NCBI GenBank assembly: GCA_907165135.1
Contig: OU015568.1
Coordinates: 2,852,001 to 2,916,000, forward strand
Origin: Oikopleura dioica
Lineage: Eukaryota; Animalia; Chordata
Direction of reading: 5' to 3'
DNA: 64,000 nucleotides
The position numbers and the translations under genes are program-made. Positions within the stretch are counted from its first letter, which is position 1; the number at the start of each line of letters is the position of its first letter. The notes under the pieces are model-generated. The model had not been told where the DNA came from, made no database searches, and saw nothing but the letters and a program-made list of their open reading frames with translations. Positions 11,461-21,617 of this stretch are shown here, piece after piece.

Positions 11461-13628
11461 TCAGAGGCGCATAAGACTGGAAATTGGTCGAATTATTACG
11501 AGCAGATTCAGGAGCGTCTGAAAGTAATGAATAAGAAAAGAAAAAAGAGTCGTCTCTTACCGCGAAGCTAGAGATATTCTTCCTTCTTGTGCCTGTAATA
11601 TAACTTTGCAACAAGCAGGTCAGTTCGTGCTGTAGCTCTTCAACCGTGTCTGTATCTTCGACTCCTGGTCTATCGGGCGAAAAGAGCGTGATTGCGCAGA
11701 GAATCGCAACGACAGTATCGTCGACTTTTTGAGAAGACATTCGGTGGTGGAATCGGTAGATTTCTTCAATCAAACGAGAGGGGATTCGAGATTCGGCGAT
11801 GTTCAGTGAGTGGGAAGAGATGATGAACTCGTTGGATTCCGTGTCGAAGAGTTTGTTCAACTAAAGAAGGGTTTATTTTGGCAAGCAGTTTATCGATTTT
11901 CTCAGTTTTGAACGCTAAAATAAGGGTGTCACTGAGTAAGTATTGATAAAACCTATTTAGAATGAGTGTTTTCTTACCCGAATATGAACCAATTCAGCAA
12001 TAGATCCATTCAAAAGCGCTCGTTGGTCATTTTTCGACAATCTGTTGAAGGGTTCCAAGTTCTTGGCAAAAGTAGCGACTTCATTAACGAGCTGCCCGAG
12101 GGTCTTTAAAAATAGCACCTGCGCCAGGTTCACTTCTTCGATGCATCCATTCGTTGCCTTTTTGATGACAGTTAGACTTTCAGAGCGGCGGACTGGCGAG
12201 AATTGCTCGTACAAGCCGACCAGGCGGGTGAAATCGATGTCGACGTCTGTTTGTTCTGAAAAAGATGATGATTACTTAATGTTGCAGTCGAGATAGAATG
12301 CTCGACCCCGTCCCGATTTGACCTGGCATTTAGTCATGTCAAAAATATGACGCAAGAGAGCACTCAAACGATCCCGAATGAAAGCTTCTGACTACGCCAA
12401 TGAATCAATAATTTTGAATTTCAAATGATTGCTTACAGAGCATACTCGAGCTCCAATTCAGCCGAGTTCGAAAATAAGGAGAAGCGAGTTCAAAATAGAT
12501 TACGTAACAAGCAAGCTTTCTCGTGAGATGATTAGCTCGGTGAAAAGAGCAATGATCTGATTTATTACTCAAGATAATAGATCTGAGGAGGGAGCTACGG
12601 TTTCTCTCCAAAGGTTAAAGTGTTTGAGCAACCCATTATCGACAAAAATCTTGGTTTGAATAAATGATCTTTTAGCGCCCTTTTAGCGCTTTTCTCCGAA
12701 GATTGCGGCCTTTTGATAACTTACGGGATGTTTGCTCGGTGGATTCAGCAAAAGCTCTCTCGATATTATTGAGTCGGCCGAGTTCGTCGCCGCTGAGTTC
12801 CGGAATTTCGTGTTGGATTCGTTTGATTCGATTGTGCTGGATTAATTCGCGCTAGAAAATTTATTAGGAATATACTTCGTGGAAAAGAAATCTACCTTTC
12901 GTTTGATTTGCTCGTCCGACATGATGCACTCCTTCTTCATTCCGATCAAAAGGCACTTCTGGATTCGACAGGCCTGGCAGTGTCTCCTGTTGTTTCTGTT
13001 GATCTTGCAGTTGCCCTCGTACGCGCATCGGAACTGCTTTCCAGCCTGAAATCAAAATGTCAAGCCATCAACCAGGGTTCAACAAAATTCAGACTCCAGC
13101 GTGGGGTCATTGCGTAAACGACGCTTTTCCCGAAGCAAGAACAAGATTCACGTGATGCGATTAGGACGTAATCAGTTCCACTTCTGCGGAACCCTCTTCC
13201 AGGCCGCCATTGGGTAAATTTGATGTAACAAGCGAAAAAAGGGATTGAAAATAATCTTGAGTTCATGTGGAAAAGTGCCCTCTGTAAAACTCTTTTGAGT
13301 AAAATAAGGGTGTCACTTCGTTAATTCAAGAAGAAAATTAACAAACTGAGAGCATTATTTTGGCCAAAAAAGGATTCACGGAAAGTTCAACCTAAACCCA
13401 TTCAACCTTTCGAACTTTAGTAGAAAATTCTAGACCTAGAAATAATAGCTGAGAAATAATTACCTTCATGGTTCTCCTGAAGAACCCCTTGCATCCCTCG
13501 CAAGTAAGAGCATTGAAATGATAACCGCTGGCGATGTCGGAGCAAACTTGGCAGGTTTTGGAGACTGGGGTTGATGTTACTTCAGTAGTCGTTGTTGGCA
13601 GCACTGTAACTCGCTCTTCGAACAACAT
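11461..13628 (-). CDS. Nuclear receptor, NR1I (VDR/PXR/CAR)-like
   Basis: [33 protein letters not shown]|..[41 protein letters not shown]; LBD signature [20 protein letters not shown] and [12 protein letters not shown]; 3' end uncertain (11461 or ~11200). Confidence 0.88.
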
Positions 13629-14959
13629 TTTTTCGCAGTTTTAAGTTTATTCTATCTTCTTGAGGATTTTTCTTAAAAAGGAGTTAATTTTGGGTTTGGT
13701 TTAAAGTGAAAGATAAGCGTTCGCCGAGGTAAAGTTGTTTTATTGATTGCTCTCGCGTGGTGGATATGCCCTGAAATGGCCCTGTCTACTTTTTCCCACT
13801 GCCCTTGGTGTCCGAGTTCATCGCTTTTTCCCGTATTTTTCCTGATGCAGGGGCAAATTGTTTACTTTTCTTATTGAAATTCAAGTCCTAAAGTCTTCAC
13901 CAACCTGAGTAAAACCGACAGAGGCTATGTCACATAGCCGGTTTTTTGGTCGGATGTTTTACGGTCTATATAAATTTTGACTATAACCGGACAAATCTGA
14001 CCAAAACTCAAAACCAAAAATGATTACCCCTTTTCTTGCTTTAGACTTTTTTGTTCTATTTAAATTTGTTAAGAATCCAGCTACGTCACAGTGTTCTGAT
14101 TTTAACGTGTGAACTGGCCTTGCTCGCTTTTAACGAGCTACTCAATCATCTTTTTGATAAAAAATAGACATGTCATCTCGGGTTAAGAAAAAATGATAAT
14201 CATTTCCAAAAATTTGAAATTTCGAAAGTCAAAATCCTAAAAAAAAATTTAGAAAATTTTTATTAAAAAAGAACTCTCTGAAAAATAATTTTTTTCTGGA
14301 AATTAATTTTATTTTTACCTTTTTATTTATTTTTGTGATTTCCTGATCTCTTAGGTTGATATTGATCGTTTTGGTCAGCTTCTTAGAGTTTTCTTACGAA
14401 AAAGGTGATTCTAGAAATTTCAAAAAAAAATCTTAAGAAAAAATGTTTTGAATCTGTTGATGTCGATGTCGACTTATAAGGATGGGCTGGTGTCGCTGCC
14501 GTGGCCCAAGAAACTCTGATGACTCACGGGGAGCTCGCAGAGTCCGAGTGAACTCGGGCCGACCTTGTCTATTTTTTCTCTTTTTCCTCCTCTGACTTTT
14601 TCTTGGGCAAATGACCCATCACTCGAATCAGCAATTTCTTCTCTTTCATATGGCGCCAAAATTTTTTAAGGGCATCAATCCGATCAGGAGTAATTCAAGT
14701 TTGACCTTCAATAACAGGCATTTCGCGTCGCCTCGGCGCGGTTATGTAATCGTTCCTAACCCACGTGAACCGCTGCGCCCTGCGACTGTCTATTTTTTGC
14801 CTCGTAGAAGGTCATCAAGTTCAGAAAACGCACAAAAAGCTACTACTACCGCATTCAAAAATTATAATCGATACTTTTTTATTGACAGATATTTTCATTT
14901 ATGCATCTTTCGAATATAAATTGAGTATATAAATAACAAATTATAATTTATAATCAAAG

Positions 14960-15387
14960 CAGAGTTGCAAATTTTGTGAGCTAGCTGAGCTGGGCCATCT
15001 GAGCTACAGCTAAGCTCAGCTCAGCTCAGCTCAGCAATTTTGAGGTTAGGGTCAGTTCAGCTCAATTTTTCTGAAGAAAACTAGCTCAGCTCGGCTCAGC
15101 TAGCTCAGCTTAAAAAAATTGTAAGCTCAGCTAGCTCAGTTTGAGAAATCATCAGCTCAGCTCAGCTCAATTTTTTTGAAAAAATTCAGCTAAGCTCAGC
15201 TCAGCTCAGTTGTTCTTAAAGGGGGCCAGCTCAGCTCAGCTCAGCTCAATTTTTTTGAAAAAATTCAGCTAAGCTCAGCTCAGCTCAGTTGTTCTTAAAG
15301 GGGGCCAGCTCAGCTCAGCTCAGCTCAATTTGGACCTCAGCTCAGCAAGCTCAGCTCGGAAAAAAATTTCGAAATTTTGCAACTCTG
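14960..15387. mobile_element. hAT-type MITE with (GCTCA)n subterminal repeats
   Basis: TIR CAGAGTTGCAAA..TTTGCAACTCTG; perfect 8-bp TSD AATCAAAG (14952-14959, 15388-15395); internal ~64-bp direct duplication. Confidence 0.9.
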
Positions 15388-16336
15388 AATCAAAGTGAAG
15401 TATTGAATATCCTCGCTAAACTAGAAACTCGAAAATTATCAACTTGACAATCGTAAGTAGGCTATACAATTATAACCATGAATCGATCCTTCTTACTAAT
15501 GCCAAGTTGACAATCTTCGATTTTTTAGTCTGGCGAGGAGAGACGCTCAACAATTATTTTTGATTAAAATAGGATAGCAAGAGGAGAGCTTCAACTCCAA
15601 TTTTATTTTTACTAAAAATAAACTACCTCTTGATAGTTTATTTTGACTATTTTGAGACGGATATCTCTCGGGTTCAAGCCCTGGTCAATATATTTTATAA
15701 CTAAATTGCAATTTTTGATCAGTTTTAGATAGGATATGGTTGGCTTATAAATTATAAGTTTAATATATAAGTTTATAAGTTATAAAGAAAGAAAAACGTC
15801 AAATAACGAAATATTAATTTTTCGGTTACATAACAGAACATTTGATTTGGCGATTTCGTCAGAGCGTACTTTTTAATCAGCGATTTTCAGACAGAGCGTA
15901 ATTTTTTGATCAGCGATTTTTAGACAGGTCACTTGGTGAACTAAATCGACGGGGTCACAAAACGCGCTTGATACTCGTCATTGTCAAAGTCCGATTTCTC
16001 GTTCTGATTTTACCCTACCAGCTTTCTCGGGTCTATGGTTTATTATGAATGATTTAATCAGGTAATGTCCGTAATGCCTTGAAAAATCTCCAACTCAATC
16101 TGTAATGGACGTTATGTAATCAGATCTAAGATGAACTTGGTTGTTTTAGTTAGTGAACCGCTCAATGGAGATTCTTCTGTGGCAGACATCCCAACGAGTA
16201 ATTCAATATTTGCAGTTCTTCATTTGCTCAAGCAGATGACCCTGGGAGGCGAAGTTCACTTGGGAAGACAAGTTCACTTTTTCAAGACTAAGTTCACGTG
16301 TCATTATTATTTCGAAAGAGTTTCTTAACAGATAAG

Positions 16337-17052
16337 TTTCGAAAAATGTTTTCAGGCCAAAAAATCACTTTTTAACTGTTAGTGCCATCTTCACCGCCGT
16401 CTCAAACCGAGTCGAACGGTATATGTATCGCTTGAAAATTCTAGAGTTTCGGGTACTTCCGGTCAGATTTACGAAATTCTAGTATTCCACTGCCGTTTTT
16501 GATACAGAAATGGTACTATGGCATATAGCATGTCAAAATGACCGCTAGGACGTGAGGAGTGCAGGGGTCTCAAAAATAAGTACTTTTGCAAAGAAAAGTA
16601 CCTAAAAATAATTATTTTGTGATTTTTAGCACTAAAAATATCAAATTTCAAGAAATTTTCGATTGAAATGTAGTTTTCTTTGTAGATTTATTTATAAGAG
16701 ATAAAACTTGATTATCCATCTGCTTTCTGCTCGAAAAATAAATAATTGATATTTTAAGTGCTAAAAATCACAAAATAATTATTTTTAGGTATTTTCTTTG
16801 CAAAAGTACTATTTTTTGAGACCCCTGCACTCCTCACGTCCTAGCGGTCATTTTGACATGCTATATGCCATAGTACCATTTCTGTATCGAAAACGGCAGT
16901 GGAATACTAGAATTTCGTAAATCTGACCGGAAGTACCCGAAACTCTAGAATTTTCAAGCGATACATATACCGTTCGACTCGGTTTGAGACGGCGGTGAAG
17001 ATGGCACTAACAGTTAAAAAGTGATTTTTTGGCCTGAAAACATTTTTCGAAA
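16337..17052. mobile_element. Foldback element / long near-perfect inverted repeat
   Basis: Arms ~16337-16644 and ~16746-17052 are reverse complements with only a few mismatches/indels; ~100-bp AT-rich spacer; both ends TTTCGAAA. Confidence 0.9.
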
Positions 17053-17630
17053 ATCATCACATCGAGAATTTTCTTTGTTAGTGGCAGCGGAAATGAACTG
17101 AAATCAACTATGATTTTGTCCTACCGGGCAGAAGGATAAGCCCGTGCCACCCACAATAGGTCGCGCGGGGGAGACATTACCTCACCCTTTTCAAAAAGAA
17201 ACTCTACTGGACTTAGAGCCTAGTATCAATCATGGAGAAAAGCGTCACTTTCTGTTGCTACTACTGCCGGAGAAACGAGACCGTCTTGTCAAAACGCTTA
17301 AATTATTCTGACAGTATTTTGGAACTTCTTTATAAATTTATAAGGAATATGACTTGTGAACCTAAACAACTCGGAAAATGAACTTTGGGAATGCTCCTGC
17401 ATGAACTTAAGGCTATTACAGTATAAATATGGGGAGGAGGCACGAATCGACAATTTGGAAGGATCTGTCATTGAGTCAATTTCTTGGGTTAATCCTTGTT
17501 GATTTCAAAATGACAGTTTTTCACAACAGTGAGGTTAAAATTTCATGTTTTCAAGGTTGATCCCGAAGGCGAAAAAAGAGAAATTCATAGAATCAATGTT
17601 TATTTGATTATTGAAAATGAAGGTCATTTT

Positions 17631-18747
17631 CTAGTCTGATGCAGCTTGAAGAAGTCTGACAATTCCGAGGAAGAGTCGACAGATTTGAACATACAGAAGA
17701 CACGCAGCAAAGATCCACAAGTTATCGATGCTATCTGCGCCCATATCGTCGGCAGCCTCCTGCAAAAAGTCGGCGAAGAAGATCATTCGTAAGAAAAACA
17801 TCATCCAAGTCATGATACCGACGATGAAGGCCAAACTAAAAATTTTCAAGAAAAGCCTTTCAAAAAAAAACTTACATAGCGCAAACGTAGACAATTTCAA
17901 ATCCAAGAATCCACCACATCAAGAATCCGCAGGGAATGGTCAGCACAATTTGAATTATGAGCATGAGTTTGAACTGATTCTCCATGTCCATCAGCCAGTT
18001 CAACGCGATGCAGATCAGCAAGCAAATCAACACGCCATACAAAGCAGAGGCAACAATTTGATTCGCAGCGAGTTCCTGGGGACTGTTAGGTTGGCAACCT
18101 TTCGAACACATCGAAGCAGAGACGTACACAGCGCAAAATCCAGTAAAAGCACTAGAATTTTTAAAAAAGAAGAGTTTTATATCTTTTTTTACCCAATGAT
18201 ATTCGTAAGAACAATGAACGATATATAGCATTTTGGAGCTTCCGTTAGCAGCTGAGGTTTGAAGAAAAAGATCAAAATGGCGAAAATTACGAGCAAGAAG
18301 GCAACCAACATGACCCACCAATTTGCGGAAAGAGCAGAGGCAACCCAAGCTTTCAGTTTTTCGCTACATAAAAAAAGTTAAAACCTGACGTTATGGACGG
18401 CATACTTGTAGGCGAAACCATTGCAGTAAGCCACTAGGACGCTGAATTGAAAGAAGACAGCAACAAGGACTTTCGTGGAGAACCTTGAGCGCCCACGGCG
18501 ATCGCTTTTAAAAGGGATGAAAATTCTAAAATCGCAAAAAATCTTGCAACAAACCTAAAAAAATCGCTCATTTTCTCGATAAAACTGATGGTATAAAAAC
18601 CTCTTTCTCAAATTAATCTTCCTCCCAATATTCCTTTATCAAATTTTCTCAGCTGGCTACTTTTCCTAACTCGATCAAATTATCTTCAACCCTTTTCCTG
18701 AAATCGTCGTCCGCCATTACTTCTCTAACGCTTCCTTCTTCGCTCAT
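17631..18747 (-). CDS. TMBIM/lifeguard (Bax-inhibitor-1 superfamily)-like membrane protein, divergent
   Basis: Spliced RSRFSTKVLVAVFFQFSVLVAY (cf. R.F..KVY.IL..QL), several further TM segments, and C-terminal LWIFAACLLYVQICRLFLGIVRLL (cf. YI.AAL.LYLDIINLFL). Confidence 0.65.
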
Positions 18748-19331
18748 GCGAGTGTTACCAAACTGCAAAAAATCATTAAATAAATTTGTTTTTCATTGTC
18801 ACTATTTGTCCTATGTCGTAAATTCCATCCATAACTTACTTTTGCCGGGTATTTCTCAAAAAATGTTCCTCTCTTTTATTTTTAGGAAAAAAGAAGGGAC
18901 GATGAGTCGGATCCAGTTAATGATTATCCACGGTATTTAGCGAAGGCAAATATCCGAAAGCTGTAGTCATATGTCGAATTTGAAATTTTTACGAAGCGCG
19001 AATTCCATTTGCAAACAAGGCAAAGCCCTGAATAATGGTAAGGGGCCCATATTTATGGCAAAAAGAAGAAAACAAGAGTTTTTCTCTGCCGCTCAGTCAG
19101 TAATCTGGAATCCAGATGAAGGTTCTTGTTTATTTCTCTTGGTTGAAGAGAAATTTCTTGATCATTTATAAATTCGATCGCTTTTCGAAGACGATCCTGG
19201 CATTCAATAGCTTTATGTGGTCCCAAACTTGGTCATCCGGAGCCGAAGTATTCGTCTTTATTTTCAAATTTGCCAAAGAGCTTTCAACGCTCAACTCGCG
19301 CAAGAGATTAAAAAAACGGTAGACGCATGTT

Positions 19332-19406
19332 ATGTCTCCGAACGTCCCGAATGTCTCCGAATGTCCCCGAATGTCCCGAATGTCCCCGAATGTCCCGAAT
19401 GTCTCG
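19332..19406. repeat. Tandem 9-10 bp repeat (AATGTCCC[C]G)n
   Basis: About 8 degenerate copies of aatgtcccg/aatgtccccg. Confidence 0.85.
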
Positions 19407-19699
19407 AATGTCCCCGCCATTTTTCTCAAAAAAAAATAAAAAAAAAACGGCTAAAAATCGAAAAATCAGTTACTCTATTTTCCGCGATTTCATCAAATAA
19501 AATTGTTTATAAAATCCTTGTTTACCCGTTGCGCGTTGCCAAACCGCCCTGTTTAGCTTGGACGACTGGCGCTTACCGCTGCATTCCAAGTATTCGGTGC
19601 TTCGTCTCAATCCGATAAAACCATGAGTCCCGGCTTCTCCCGCCATATCACAATATCTGAAGAGATAAGGGATAGCATCACACTGCATTTTATAACATC

Positions 19700-20595
19700 A
19701 TGAAGCTTTTCGCCGCCATCCTCCCAGCCGTCATCCTTGCTCAGGACGATTACGACTACGAAGAGCGAAAGAAGAAGACCCAGAACTACGGAGTAAGTAC
19801 AGTCATCTGAGAACTAAAAACCAAATGTAATGTGAAAAGATAAAACAAGATTTTTAATCTTCATTTTACATAAATATTAAGGGAAACAACAACTACAACA
19901 ACAACTACAACAACAACAACAACAACAACAACAACTACAATGCCTACGGTGATCCCCACTTCATGGTCCACACCGAAGGCCAGGAGTCTGTCTGCTTCGA
20001 CTACACCCCATCTCCCGACACCGAGATGAACCTCCTCATCGATCCTTCTTCCTCCCTCTCCGTCACCGCCCACGCCACCAAGGACGAGAACGATGGAAAG
20101 ACCCGAATGACCACCATCAACTTCTCCTCTCCCCAGGGTGCCCACCTCGCCTTCAACCTCGACGGTGTCCACCACTCTGGCATCGGCGCCGCTGGCCCAA
20201 CCGAGCCAGATGCTCTCACCGGCGTCCAGACCTACGGTGACATCAACTTCATCGTCCACCACCACAACGAGATGAACCACCAGTCCGTCAAGGTCTACAT
20301 CCAGAACGGCCCAACCTTCACCGTCAAGATCTCCAACCACCACGGCGGTCTCAACTTCGCCGTCGATGACCCAACCAGCATCTCCGACTCTGCCCGAGGT
20401 CTCCTCGGTGGTTTCATCCGACCCAACGCTTACCACGTCATGCCCCTCAACACCATGACCGACGATGATGAGCCAATGGCCAACGTTGTCATCAACAAGT
20501 TCGCCGTCTCCGCCACCAAGGGTGACTTCCACAAGACCGACAACTGCTGGATCGTTGATGACGATGAAGTCGCTCACATGCTCGCTAATCTTTAA
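19700..20595 (+). CDS. Secreted protein: acidic Tyr motif, poly-Asn, GDPH and inter-alpha-trypsin-inhibitor heavy-chain C-terminal-like domain
   Basis: MKLFAAILPAVILA-QDDYDYEERKKKTQNYG|GNNNYNNNYNNNNNNNNNYNAYGDPHFMVHTEGQESVCFDY..; GT-AG intron 19793-19881 in phase; GDPHF..CF matches the ITIH C-terminal domain start; strong C-ending codon bias. Confidence 0.8.
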
Positions 20596-20806
20596 ATTAA
20601 TGATTTCCGATTTGGCTTCTTTATCCCATAAATGACTGTATGAATTTTCGCCGTTTTCTGTGCATGTTCATATACGATATATAACATTTCCTCTTCGAAA
20701 AATTGTGTGTCGAGTACGTGTATGAGATGAAATGATTGAAACATTGAAATACAGACTCGCATTTGGAAACAAACAGTTGTTTATTGAATGTATTAGGGCA
20801 ATGGTT

Positions 20807-21108
20807 CTACAAAAAAAGCTTCTTTTTTAAGTCTTTTTGAAGATCAAATTGAATCAACTTCATAAGAAGGTCGTCTTCTGCGTTCTCTCGTTGTAACCAT
20901 TTCAGAAATGAGATAGGATTTGATTTTTCTCGAGAACGTATATGAGAAAGGTCCCTTAATCTAAATATTGTTCTAGAATTTTTGCTGAAAAAAGGCCGAA
21001 TCACCCGCTAGTTGTGATGAGATTATTTTCAAGTCGATTCATTCCGAGAAGATCGCGTTTGAGAATGTTCATTCCCGCTGTGAAGGCAATTAAAAAGTAG
21101 AGTTTCAT
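20807..21108 (-). CDS. Small putative secreted peptide precursor, 85 aa
   Basis: MKLYFLIAFTAGMNILKRDLLGMNRLENNLITTSG| 44-nt GT-AG intron (21004-20961) |LRDLSHIRSREKSNPISFLKWLQRENAEDDLLMKLIQFDLQKDLKKKLFL*. Confidence 0.5.
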
Positions 21109-21617
21109 TGATTCTTAGTTTTTGATGCCGATTGTCTGCTCCGTTGGTTTATAAAATAATTTTTTCGATGGCTGTTGACATCTTCTGACGCTGTTTAAAG
21201 CGTAGGGAATATCAATAATTGAATTCAAAAAGGAGTAGAATGATGATTTAATATCAATTTGGAACGATGTGATTATTATCTTTCTTCGGCGGATTCAAAT
21301 AGTACTTGCTCAGTTGTTGTTTGGCAGACGCAATATTGAAATTGAGACTAATTTTTTTTCAAATAGATTCAATTTCAATGTGAATAAACAGTGCACAACT
21401 AATTCTCTTTCAACTTTCTTTATACGAGAAGCCATTTTTATTTTTTTCTTCTTATCATAAAATAAGATAATGCGAAACATGAGCCAAGCGCATGATAGAA
21501 ATCGGAGATCTTTTCAGCAAGCGATGAAATTATACGCTGACATTTGTCCGGCGATTGCCAACAGAGATTATATAAACGACTTGCGGGCAACGCGAACATA
21601 AAGAGATTTCGGTTGCA

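Noticed and set aside
14570-14830. Minus-strand coding-like stretch (..RREMPVIE..KKLLIRVMGHLPKKKSEEEKEKK*)
   Set aside because: Needs an unverified intron to bypass a TGA, has no clear start and no recognisable family
14990-15360. CRISPR-like array
   Set aside because: Irregular pentamer motifs inside a TIR/TSD-bounded MITE; no constant repeat-unique spacer period and no cas genes
19883-19940. (AAC)n read as a poly-Thr mucin tract
   Set aside because: Splice phase and continuity with GDPHF fix the frame as poly-Asn/Tyr
19861-20577. 238-aa Val/Gly/Asp-rich minus-strand ORF
   Set aside because: Antisense shadow of the strongly codon-biased plus-strand gene; its poly-Val is the complement of (AAC)n
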